Shown here: positions 55,779-64,000 of the stretch, one piece after another
How positions within the stretch are numbered: position 1 is the first letter of the stretch
Layout of the letters: each line of letters starts with the position of its first letter
Source of the DNA: a virus
IMG/VR virus record: IMGVR_UViG_3300016471_001035
Span: 1-64,000 of that record
Reading direction: 5' to 3' (one strand)
Length of the DNA stretch: 64,000 bases
Notes under the pieces: model-generated
What the model saw: the letters and a program-made list of their open reading frames with translations, nothing else
What the model was told of the DNA's origin: nothing
Databases searched by the model: none
Made by a program: the position numbers and the translations under genes

Positions 55779-56522
55779 TTATACTTTAAGCGCTTTATCC
55801 CAAATAACAAGCTGTAACCTAGGGCTAAACTTTAAACAATGTTTTTTAGCTAACTCTGCTACAAACGATGCTTTTTCAACATGCTCGGCTCTACTACCAC
55901 AGCATGGCATAAGCCATACTCTTTCACGAGGTACTTGTATATCTTTATTATTAATATACTTTGTAAAAACTTCTTCTAAGTCACGCTCTTCATTTATGAC
56001 AAATTTAAATCCAGAATTGTTTTTAACATGCCATTTTAAAACTTCTGGCTTATATCTTTTTTCTTCCGGGTCACCATTATTAGAAAGTTTAGGTGACGTT
56101 GTAAAAGTTGCTTTCCAGTCTAACCACTGAAAATCAGGAATAATAGTAGCGTTGGTTTCGAAGTCTATCCTCGGAACAAAGCCAAATCTAAAAATAAATT
56201 GATCAACAAGCTCGAGTAGCGCTTTTTGCTGTATTAGCGGTTCACCGCCTGTAATTTTCCATATTGCTCCGTCCTTTAGATTACAGTTAAAACTATTTTG
56301 CGCCATATATTCAAAAATCTGTTCATATGTCATTCTATTTTTAACCGACCAGCTGATAAAGCTATCACAACCATGAGGTGAATCTGATGAAGCAAAACCT
56401 TTACATGTTAAATTACACATAGAAAGACGCATAAAAACAGAGGGGCAGCCAACGTATTCCCCTTCGCCTTCGATTGTATAAAAAATCTTATCATCACTAA
56501 GAAATATAGTTTTTTCACTCAT
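55779..56522 (-). CDS. queE: 7-carboxy-7-deazaguanine synthase (radical SAM); start probably 56522
   Basis: FYTIEGEG...G.PSVFMRL..CNLTC...CDS; ITGGEP; ETN; SPKL; KFVI; V.LMP; FSPRLQ. Confidence 0.93.
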   Translation of the reverse strand: MSEKTIFLSDDKIFYTIEGEGEYVGCPSVFMRLSMCNLTCKGFASSDSPHGCDSFISWSVKNRMTYEQIFEYMAQNSFNCNLKDGAIWKITGGEPLIQQKALLELVDQFIFRFGFVPRIDFETNATIIPDFQWLDWKATFTTSPKLSNNGDPEEKRYKPEVLKWHVKNNSGFKFVINEERDLEEVFTKYINNKDIQVPRERVWLMPCCGSRAEHVEKASFVAELAKKHCLKFSPRLQLVIWDKALKV

Positions 56523-56575
56523 AAAAGTATTATTATATGACATAATTTAGTATATTCAAGAATAAATATTAATAG

Positions 56576-57313
56576 ATGTCTAAGAAAGACAGACAGCTAA
56601 AAAAGGCTGCCAGAGACAATAAAGAGCTAATTAAATCTGATATTTTTCTCAATTTTAAAGTAGAGCAGAAATTTCATTTTAACGAGCATCATAAAGCTTT
56701 TGTCGATAAAGCATTTGAAGATAATTCCCATATAATATTTTGTGACGGCCCTGCAGGTTCATCAAAAACCTACTGCGCAACATATGTTGCTCTGTCCATG
56801 TTAAGAGATAAAAAAATAGATGAAATAATCTATATAAGAAGTATTGTAGAGTCTGCTACGCGTAAGCTGGGAAGCCTTCCCGGTGAAGTAGATGATAAAT
56901 TTAAGCCTTGGAGTATCCCATTAATAGAAAAATGTGATGAGTTAGTTGGTAAACAAATAACAAATATGTTATTTGAGAATGAATATCTAAAATGCACACC
57001 TGTCAATTTTCTTAGAGGCGCAACTTTTTCAAATAGCGTTGTAATAGTAGATGAAGCTCAAAACCTAGAGCATAGTGAATTAGTTACTATTTTAACCAGA
57101 TTTGGAAGAAACTGTAAGCTGTTTGTAATAGGTGATTCTTTGCAATCTGACATTCAAAAATCCGGGTTTAAAAATATAATGGGTGGTTTTGATTCACAAG
57201 ACAGTAAAGATCACGGAATAAGCGTTTTTCATTTTACTGAAGATGATATTACGAGAAGTAAGTTACTTAAGTTTATCGTTAAGGTTATTGCTACTATTAA
57301 GCCTAAGCTTTGA
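56576..57313 (+). CDS. phoH: PhoH-like ATPase
   Basis: GPAGSSKT; LG.LPG...DK; FLRGATF; VDEAQN; LTRFG; GD..QSD; DITRS. Confidence 0.92.
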   Translation: MSKKDRQLKKAARDNKELIKSDIFLNFKVEQKFHFNEHHKAFVDKAFEDNSHIIFCDGPAGSSKTYCATYVALSMLRDKKIDEIIYIRSIVESATRKLGSLPGEVDDKFKPWSIPLIEKCDELVGKQITNMLFENEYLKCTPVNFLRGATFSNSVVIVDEAQNLEHSELVTILTRFGRNCKLFVIGDSLQSDIQKSGFKNIMGGFDSQDSKDHGISVFHFTEDDITRSKLLKFIVKVIATIKPKL

Positions 57314-57436
57314 CTTTAAAATGCGGTCGTAAATATCACCTAACGAAGGTCTGTTTTCTTTTTTTATTTCCTTGTAATAGTCAGAAATTTCACCACCATA
57401 AAGCTGCTGCCTTATTTCTGGATGATTTTTGTCCAA

Positions 57437-58090
57437 TTATGACCCCCAGCTTGTACCGCCAAACAAATTCGAATAGCCTTCAGACTTCGGGCTCTTTAGG
57501 GGTGCGGGCCTCGCACCAGCTTGTGTATTACTCACTGGTATTTGTTTTAAAACATTTGATATAGGTATACCTGTTTCCTTTTCAATTTCATTTATTGTTT
57601 CTCTTATTGGGTTAACCGGTGGTTGAAAAGAAGGGCCTGGTGTTGAGGATGTCTCTACAGTTACTATGCCAGAATTCTTTTCATGCTCCCATACTTCAAC
57701 TCTTTCTACCCAACATCTCTCATTTGTAAGTTTTCTAATGTAAGAGTCTGCTGCATTAAAACACCACTCTGCAGTTTTCTCAATACCCACACCTTCTGGC
57801 ATTATTCTTAAATCACAACCACCGGCTGTATGTAGCGTTTTAAACCCTTCTAGTAAAGGGTCATCACCTGCAACACATAATGTATGATCAAACTGTTTTT
57901 CTAATATATTCTTTAAATCTTTTAAACCACCGAAATCAACAACCCAATTACGCTCGTCTAATGAATGACATGCAAACCAGAATTTAGCTATTAATCTATA
58001 ACCGTGAATAAATTTGCAATGGCTATCAGCTTTCCATTGTCTAAATGCACAAGAACCTAATTCAATAATTTTAGTACTTTTATACGTCAT
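57437..58090 (-). CDS. queD: 6-carboxy-tetrahydropterin synthase QueD with C-terminal extension
   Basis: AFRQWKA.SHC.FIHGY; WVVDFGGLK; FDHT; E.TAE; VEVWEH..NS. Confidence 0.9.
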   Translation of the reverse strand: MTYKSTKIIELGSCAFRQWKADSHCKFIHGYRLIAKFWFACHSLDERNWVVDFGGLKDLKNILEKQFDHTLCVAGDDPLLEGFKTLHTAGGCDLRIMPEGVGIEKTAEWCFNAADSYIRKLTNERCWVERVEVWEHEKNSGIVTVETSSTPGPSFQPPVNPIRETINEIEKETGIPISNVLKQIPVSNTQAGARPAPLKSPKSEGYSNLFGGTSWGS

Positions 58091-58314
58091 ATTTCTGGTA
58101 GTAATCTTTTCTATTACCTAAAATATTATAAGGTTTAATTTTTAAAAATCAACTAGTTATTTTACTATTCCGTCAATTTTTTCTTTTTTAATATATTTTT
58201 CTGCTTCTTCTTTTGATTTAAAAAATATGATATTGCCTGATGAATCGGTATAAGCAGTATTATTCTCTAATAAAATATAGTTAAGCGGTTTTTTTATTTT
58301 GTCGATTGCTGACA

Positions 58315-58515
58315 TTATTCAGAAGGCTTAAAGTATTCAGAAAGTATACTATTTACCGTGTCATTAAAAGATTCTTTTTTAAGAAACTTTTTAATTTCTT
58401 TTTTAGGCATCTCTTTGGCGGCTTTTTTTGCTGCGCCAGTTACACTTTTTTGACCTTTTTTAGCGCCCATTACTGCGCCAAAGAATCTTTTCTGTTTTTC
58501 GGATTTTGCAGGCAT
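58315..58515 (-). CDS. DUF3008-like small basic protein; start probably 58515
   Basis: MPAKSEKQKRFFGAV...A.EM...IK.F. Confidence 0.65.
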   Translation of the reverse strand: MPAKSEKQKRFFGAVMGAKKGQKSVTGAAKKAAKEMPKKEIKKFLKKESFNDTVNSILSEYFKPSE

Positions 58516-58543
58516 ATAGTTATTTATTAAACTGTTATTGTTT

Positions 58544-59737
58544 TTAAACCTGAAACGCGTAAACTGTATCATTATCTACAGCAGATATCTTATATTTTTT
58601 AATTTTGCCATACCTATCTTCAATATTAAATACATCATTTACCTTAGGTGCAACATTAGCAGCGGAGGGTTGTGAAGGAGTAGGTGCACCTGCTGTTGTA
58701 GGAGCAGTTGTAGCAGCTGATGCCGTACCTGAAGCACTAGCCGGGGTTGCGGTGCCACCGGTAACAGCACCTGGAGCTGAAACCGTACCTGAAGCTGGGG
58801 TACCCGGAGCAGGAGGTGCTGTAGGTGTAACTGTGGTTTGTTGTGCTTGTTGTTGCTGTGCTGCCATTTTTTGCATAGCTTGCTTAACCTTAGCAAGACT
58901 AAACTCTTCAATACCAGGTGGTTCTTTATCAGTAATTTTCCATCCATTTACTTTATTACTATAGTTTAAAACTGCAGCTGAAGGTAATCCTAGAGCTCTA
59001 CCATCAACTTTTTGATTATTTTGATCAAAATAATAAAGCTGTACATTAGGATCCTTAGGATCACCAACACCTACTTTTATTAAACCTATATTTCTATTAT
59101 TATTAATTTGTACATCATATATTGTCATGTTCTGGAATTTTGATGTTTTACCAAATTTAGTTCCCACATTACCGGAAACAGGTATTTTTATACCTACCCC
59201 TGCAGTAGGGTTGCGACCTATTTCAATAGAAAGATTATCACCAGACTTTGGATTTTCTGTTCTTAGCCCTAAAGACTTAGCTGTTCTATCTTGCATTTTT
59301 TTATCAATACCTGCTTGTAACTTACCCAATGCACCAGCAATTTGCTGACTCGGCCTGTCGCCGGTGAAGAAATCTGTTACACCGCGTATTGCCCCCGGTG
59401 CTGCTGCAAGGGCCCCTGGTATTTTTGTAGCTGCTTTACCTATGCCTCTAGCTGCAGCTCCTGCAGCTCCTAAAGCAGCACCTCCCAGTACATCTGCGCC
59501 TTTAGCAACTCCTTTTGCTGCTCCGGTAACTGCAGCTTTAGCAACTTTTTCAGGATCATTAATAATATCCCTTCCAAGCTTTCGGGCTCCAATTCTCGCT
59601 TTTTGTACAGCTCTTTTTAAGGGTTTACCCGCTTTTTGTTTAGCTGTTTGTGCTAGTTTCATAGCATCTTTCATATAATCAGAAAACAGCTTTTCGTTTA
59701 AAGCAAGGTTAGCTAAATTATCAAAATTATTCATCAT
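58544..59737 (-). CDS. low-complexity Ala/Gly/Thr/Pro-rich protein, putative head-internal/ejected
   Basis: NNFDNLANLALNE N-terminus; GA-rich amphipathic repeats; PAT-rich tail. Confidence 0.55.
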   Translation of the reverse strand: MMNNFDNLANLALNEKLFSDYMKDAMKLAQTAKQKAGKPLKRAVQKARIGARKLGRDIINDPEKVAKAAVTGAAKGVAKGADVLGGAALGAAGAAARGIGKAATKIPGALAAAPGAIRGVTDFFTGDRPSQQIAGALGKLQAGIDKKMQDRTAKSLGLRTENPKSGDNLSIEIGRNPTAGVGIKIPVSGNVGTKFGKTSKFQNMTIYDVQINNNRNIGLIKVGVGDPKDPNVQLYYFDQNNQKVDGRALGLPSAAVLNYSNKVNGWKITDKEPPGIEEFSLAKVKQAMQKMAAQQQQAQQTTVTPTAPPAPGTPASGTVSAPGAVTGGTATPASASGTASAATTAPTTAGAPTPSQPSAANVAPKVNDVFNIEDRYGKIKKYKISAVDNDTVYAFQV

Positions 59738-60161
59738 TAGTAATAAAGTTTTTATACAGATCTGCCAGTCTATCCCCTGTATATCCTTTTTGATTAATTA
59801 TTCTCTCAATATCGTTTAAACAATTACTGTTAGATATTTGAAATAAAATAGGATCATTTTCGACAACACCATCTTTTAAGAGAGTTTTAACAACATATTC
59901 TTTTAAACTACAAAATGAATCATAATCTGCTTCATCTGCTATAGCTTCAATAAATTCAATAGGTATATCCTCTATACCCAATTCAGGGTTTATAACTAAA
60001 ATCTTTAAATGACCTTTACCCTCTTCTAGAACATAACCTTCATAACCATCACACTTTGAAAAATCAGCCTCTTTAGTCACTAGAGCAGGATCGACCTTTA
60101 TTCTAATACGCTTTAAAGCTGTTTTTTTTAAGCTTTCTAGAACTAAGTCATTATACTTCAC
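59727..60161 (-). CDS. hypothetical protein; start probably GTG 60161
   Basis: TAAATA upstream of GTG; VKYNDLVLES; RIKVDP...YEGYVLEE. Confidence 0.55.
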   Translation of the reverse strand: MKYNDLVLESLKKTALKRIRIKVDPALVTKEADFSKCDGYEGYVLEEGKGHLKILVINPELGIEDIPIEFIEAIADEADYDSFCSLKEYVVKTLLKDGVVENDPILFQISNSNCLNDIERIINQKGYTGDRLADLYKNFITNDE

Positions 60162-60209
60162 ACTATTATTTATGTTGATCTCGTTACATCTTATCATATA
60201 ATAGTTAAT

Positions 60210-60863
60210 ATGTTTAAGAAGAAGTTAGCTTTTGCAAATCATAATCACCCTCATACTCAAGAAGAAAGAGAACAAATAATTGAACGGGCAGCTAAAGCAT
60301 ATGAAGCTTACATGGATGCTTTAGGATATGATTGGAGAAACGATCCTAATAGTGATAATACCCCGCATAGAGTTGCTAAGGCGTTTGTAGAGGATTTTGC
60401 TTGGGGCTGCTATAGTAATCCACCTAAAGTAACAGCTTTTGATAATGTAGATAAGTATGATGGAATTGTAGCGCAGACTAATATTAAAGTTACTTCACTT
60501 TGCTCGCATCACCATGCTCCATTTATGGGGTTTGCTCATGTCGCATATATACCTTCTAAGGATGGAAAGGTCATTGGTCTAAGTAAGCTCAATCGAATTG
60601 TTGATTGGTTTGCTCGCCGTCCGCAGGTTCAAGAAAACCTTACAATGCAGATTCACAAGTATATTGATGAGGTCTGTGAAAAGAATAAGGGTGTTGCCGT
60701 AATGATTGAAGCCGCACATACTTGTTGTTCAAATCGTGGTATTAGACATGATTCAACAATGCGTACCGCTAGAATGTCCGGTGCATTTTTAGATGATAAA
60801 GATAATTCTAGAAACGAGTTTTATAAGTTCATTGAGTTTGCGCAAAATAGAAAACTTATTTAA
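60210..60863 (+). CDS. folE: GTP cyclohydrolase I
   Basis: TPHRVAK; SLCSHHHAPF.G.AHVAYIP; GLSKLNRIV..FARRPQVQE.LT; A.H.C...RG. Confidence 0.97.
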   Translation: MFKKKLAFANHNHPHTQEEREQIIERAAKAYEAYMDALGYDWRNDPNSDNTPHRVAKAFVEDFAWGCYSNPPKVTAFDNVDKYDGIVAQTNIKVTSLCSHHHAPFMGFAHVAYIPSKDGKVIGLSKLNRIVDWFARRPQVQENLTMQIHKYIDEVCEKNKGVAVMIEAAHTCCSNRGIRHDSTMRTARMSGAFLDDKDNSRNEFYKFIEFAQNRKLI

Positions 60864-60881
60864 AAACGACTAAATATTTAT

Positions 60882-61205
60882 GTGAGTCGGTCGCTATTAA
60901 TAAATGGCGATTTAATTAACCCTCCGTCATCAATATCGTGCGTGAGGGATATAACTTTTATTGCACATGAATATCTTGATTTAGACGTAATAATTGAATG
61001 TATAGCTGAGAAAGATTTTTATCATCGTTATCTTAAAAACTTCGGTGCTATGGATTACATAGATGAGTTAACAGCATTCGGTGAAGAGGAAGGTATGAGA
61101 ATTGATAACGACTTTCATTATGACCCAACAATCTATGTTACCGATATAATTGATGCAAGAAACGTACAGTTAATTTTGAGGTGTATTGGGTTCAGAGGAT
61201 TCTGA
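60882..61205 (+). CDS. hypothetical protein
   Basis: ORF track. Confidence 0.5.
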   Translation: MSRSLLINGDLINPPSSISCVRDITFIAHEYLDLDVIIECIAEKDFYHRYLKNFGAMDYIDELTAFGEEEGMRIDNDFHYDPTIYVTDIIDARNVQLILRCIGFRGF

Positions 61206-61604
61206 GTTTTTATTAACATCGATAACTGCATTTAATTTCTTAAGAAACGGCTCTCCAACTAAAATAGGATCTTCATTCTCTGTTCTATCTGCTATACTAA
61301 AAGTGACACCGCTATATTGTTTACCATCAACTTTAATATCAAATTCAACAGTTGGCCTTTCTTCTTTTACACCACTTCCAATATGTATCGTAATTGAACC
61401 AGTCTTTGGTTTTGTTATTCTCTTATCGTTAACAGTCGTAAAAGTAACATTTTCACCTTCCTCAGATATATTTACCCCATGTAAAACATTGTAAGCCTCA
61501 TTACCACTATCTACCTTTGCCTTTATTTTGCCAATACCATCTATTTCGATGAGTTCATTTACTCCGAATACTGGTTTATTATAAAAATCTTTGAACGATT
61601 GCAC
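61170..61604 (-). CDS. retropepsin-like protease (RimK/LysX-associated 'ATP-dependent Zn protease' family)
   Basis: AKVDSG...LH; ERPTV...; FSIADR.....PILVG..FL. Confidence 0.8.
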   Translation of the reverse strand: MQSFKDFYNKPVFGVNELIEIDGIGKIKAKVDSGNEAYNVLHGVNISEEGENVTFTTVNDKRITKPKTGSITIHIGSGVKEERPTVEFDIKVDGKQYSGVTFSIADRTENEDPILVGEPFLKKLNAVIDVNKNSESSEPNTPQN

Positions 61605-61649
61605 AAAGATATTTATTGATTAATAAGAGGTTTTCATGATAATAGTATT

Positions 61650-62057
61650 ATGGATAACCTATTTAGAAAGTGTACCGAAATTTCTTATGCTTTACTAAAA
61701 AAGCATGGTAATTATCGTTGTAAGCATTTCTCTTTTATTTTTCATAAAAATCGGCTTATTTCTATAGGTATTAATAATCCGAATAAAACACATCCAAAAA
61801 ATTTAGAAATAGGGTTTTATAATAGGCGCGGTGAAGACATATCTCATACAATAGGTGTTCATTCTGAGCTTTCAGCAATACTAAAACTCGGAGAAGAAGA
61901 TTGTTCTAAATTTACACTAGTCAATACACGTATTAACCGTAATCACCAATTAGATTTATCTAAGCCTTGTGACGGCTGTACTTCGTTGTTAGAACAGCTT
62001 AATTTTAAAAAAGTTTACTATTCAACAATTAAAGGTTACCAGTTCTTACAGCTATAA
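61650..62057 (+). CDS. zinc-dependent cytidine/dCMP deaminase-like protein
   Basis: HSE...PCDGC; KH......K...ISIG.N; KKVYYS. Confidence 0.8.
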   Translation: MDNLFRKCTEISYALLKKHGNYRCKHFSFIFHKNRLISIGINNPNKTHPKNLEIGFYNRRGEDISHTIGVHSELSAILKLGEEDCSKFTLVNTRINRNHQLDLSKPCDGCTSLLEQLNFKKVYYSTIKGYQFLQL

Positions 62058-62323
62058 TATTTTGCAGTACCGGGTTTTGCAGAAGAGCATTTATGGCGGG
62101 CTCTAAACGATTTACGTTTTTTAGGGTTAGATTTTTTTATTCTTAAATTTGGATCTCCGTAATGTACACGTTTTAACTTACCATCAACTTTAGCACAACG
62201 CATATATTTTTTATCTGATCTAGTAGAGGCTTGCTGCCCGGTAACTTTAGTACAGCGAGAACCTTTCTTTTCTTCAATTATATCTTGTTCTAATGCATTT
62301 AAAAACGCTTGTTCGAATAACAT
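62036..62323 (-). CDS. conserved basic protein of T4-like phages
   Basis: KKY....GK.K.VHYGDPNL.IK..NP..RKSFRARHKC.......YYSCKNW. Confidence 0.7.
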   Translation of the reverse strand: MLFEQAFLNALEQDIIEEKKGSRCTKVTGQQASTRSDKKYMRCAKVDGKLKRVHYGDPNLRIKKSNPKKRKSFRARHKCSSAKPGTAKYYSCKNW

Positions 62324-62354
62324 AAAATTATTTATATTTTGAATAAATATTTAT

Positions 62355-62924
62355 ATGTTCGCTAAGGACTATCATTTACTAAATGAAATTTATTCTCAAA
62401 AAATAAATGAGATGAATATAGGTCCAAAAGGTGATAATGAAGGAGTTACACCTACACCAAATCAAATTACAAGAGTTCAATTACCTCCTAAAAGAAAGTG
62501 CGGTGAACAAGCAGAAGAGCCTTCTGAAGATTGTGAAGGACATAACCCCGAAACTTATGACAGTAACGGTACTATGTCTAGACAGCTACTGTTTAGAATT
62601 TTTAAACTTTCAGCAATGCTACATGATATTTTAAATGGTAAAGACAATGTTGAAGCTTGGGTTTTGAGTAAAATAACCAATGCACATGATCAATTAGAAT
62701 CTGTTTTCGGTTATGAAGATTATGAAGCTGCAAAAAACCCTGCACATGGAGCTTGCGGTGCTAATAACTTCGAAGAAAGCAATGAGGAAGACATTTATTC
62801 AGCTATTGCAAAGGGTGGGGATGATATTTTACATCATATTCAAAAAATATTACGTAGAGAATCAAAAGACACTTTAGAAAAAGTTCTGCTTGAAACTATT
62901 TCTTTATTAGAGAAGAAAAATTAA
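62355..62924 (+). CDS. hypothetical protein, putative head-internal
   Basis: MFAKDYHLLNEIY; M...L......L..IL.....EAWV.SKIT.A.D.L..V motif. Confidence 0.55.
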   Translation: MFAKDYHLLNEIYSQKINEMNIGPKGDNEGVTPTPNQITRVQLPPKRKCGEQAEEPSEDCEGHNPETYDSNGTMSRQLLFRIFKLSAMLHDILNGKDNVEAWVLSKITNAHDQLESVFGYEDYEAAKNPAHGACGANNFEESNEEDIYSAIAKGGDDILHHIQKILRRESKDTLEKVLLETISLLEKKN

Positions 62925-63577
62925 CCTAATTTTTTATTAAACAAATTATAGATACTCTCGTCATATTTACCTAACACCTGTGTAATAATTTGTTTTCTTT
63001 TTTCTGGAGTACTAGTTTTGTACAAATTTCTAAGTTCAGATGCACTAGTAATGTTTTTACCCCCTACACTAAATTTAATAGTACCAGGAGAATAAATGTA
63101 GCCGTGACCTCCTTCTTCTTTGAAAGGCTGCAATTCATTTAAACTCTTAAATGGTTGAAAATATGTTGGTGTACCTTTTTTTGTCATACCAAAAGCAAAT
63201 CTTGGATCATCTTTCATATCTTTTTCACCGACAATATAAATTACCTTTGCAACGTTTTGATCGTAATTTTGTAAAATTTCTACAGGTTTGTACGGCTGCC
63301 TTACCAAAGCAATCTCTTTTTCTGGTATACCCGCAGCTAGCATAATTTGTTTTTTCTCATTATAATTAAAAGGATATCTTTCCGGTTCTTTTAAAGATGC
63401 TTTTTCAGGTATATCGGATGTTGCTATAAAAAAATCTGCACCTGGAAATTTTCTTTTAGCTAAATCGAAAAACTCTTTATGACCTTTATGAAACGGTTGA
63501 AACCGTCCTGGAAAAATAACAATTAAGTTATTTTTTTGCGGCATTAAAATTTCATTTACTAGATCGTCAAATCTCAT
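62921..63577 (-). CDS. cytidylyltransferase-like nucleotidyltransferase (HxGH)
   Basis: FPGRFQPFHKGH; IVGEKD; SASELR. Confidence 0.8.
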   Translation of the reverse strand: MRFDDLVNEILMPQKNNLIVIFPGRFQPFHKGHKEFFDLAKRKFPGADFFIATSDIPEKASLKEPERYPFNYNEKKQIMLAAGIPEKEIALVRQPYKPVEILQNYDQNVAKVIYIVGEKDMKDDPRFAFGMTKKGTPTYFQPFKSLNELQPFKEEGGHGYIYSPGTIKFSVGGKNITSASELRNLYKTSTPEKRKQIITQVLGKYDESIYNLFNKKLG

Positions 63578-64000
63578 AACTGTACTCCAGGAGTTTGCAT
63601 TAATTTAGCACCTTCCTTACCATAGGGAGGGTTCGTCTCATAATTATTTGTATTATTAACACGGTTGACATTATTTAAAAATCCCTTAATACCCTCTTCG
63701 TTTTCTTGTTTTCTGAACTTACTTGCCTCTTTACCAGTTATAAAACTACCAGTTATTTTAACAGGATTGCTAGATAAAGAAGGATCTCTTATAACAATAC
63801 CTTCTTGTGTAGTAAGAGACCCTAAAACAGACGATGCTACGTTTTTAATTGCATCACCCATTAAAATTGTAGCTTGATAAAAAACAGCTCCATTGATTGC
63901 TTTTTCTATATCTTTTTTATTATTACCTAAATAATGATCCATAGGAACACCTGCAGAAATATTTTTAAAATTTTCTAGACTCATAGCGCTTATAGTTTTT
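63574..64000 (-). CDS. C-terminal part of a protein with a ligase-like EG.V.R motif (runs off the window)
   Basis: LG......EGIVIRD....PVKITGSF; frame stays open to the window end. Confidence 0.5.
   Translation of the reverse strand, partial: KTISAMSLENFKNISAGVPMDHYLGNNKKDIEKAINGAVFYQATILMGDAIKNVASSVLGSLTTQEGIVIRDPSLSSNPVKITGSFITGKEASKFRKQENEEGIKGFLNNVNRVNNTNNYETNPPYGKEGAKLMQTPGVQL

Noticed and set aside
58605-59678. + strand Ala/Gly-rich ORFs
   Set aside because: Antisense to the low-complexity protein 58544..59737.
1-64000. Alternative genetic code (stop-codon reassignment)
   Set aside because: Core genes translate full length in code 11, and TAA, TAG and TGA all occur as stops.

Overview
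A 64-kb AT-rich fragment of a large T4-like (Tevenvirinae/Kyanoviridae-type) myophage genome. The host is uncertain; weak clues point to Verrucomicrobia. Contents from left to right: (1) Two convergent arrays of at least 11 paralogous short fibre/adhesin genes share an N-terminal MADVTI module but carry different C-terminal tip domains; some are separated by a conserved 42-bp spacer with a covarying GNA-triloop mini-hairpin. (2) Between the arrays lies a ~9-kb early island of tiny, mostly acidic ORFs, many behind their own TTGACN-N16-YATAAT promoter with leaderless starts. It also holds a duplicated divergent-promoter/G-rich RNA element at a GC-skew switch, an unannotated ~138-nt structured RNA and tRNA-Ile2(CAT). 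(3) A mucin-like Thr/Pro protein, lysis/cell-wall genes, a tail fibre, nrdAB and a gp5-like hub. (4) A 7-deazaguanine DNA-modification system: a DpdA/TGT-like gene, PurN-like formyltransferase, guaC, Nmad1, a kinase and queF in one operon, with folE, queD, queE, a second kinase, a purine PRTase and DUF366 elsewhere; no queC in the window. (5) The T4-like head module (gp23, 22, 21, 4, 13, 20, 15), a DinG-like helicase, GroES-like and gp62 genes, a five-gene glycosyltransferase cluster and phoH. Many late genes carry apparent capsid-targeting N-termini. All family calls come from motif recognition by eye; no database search was run.
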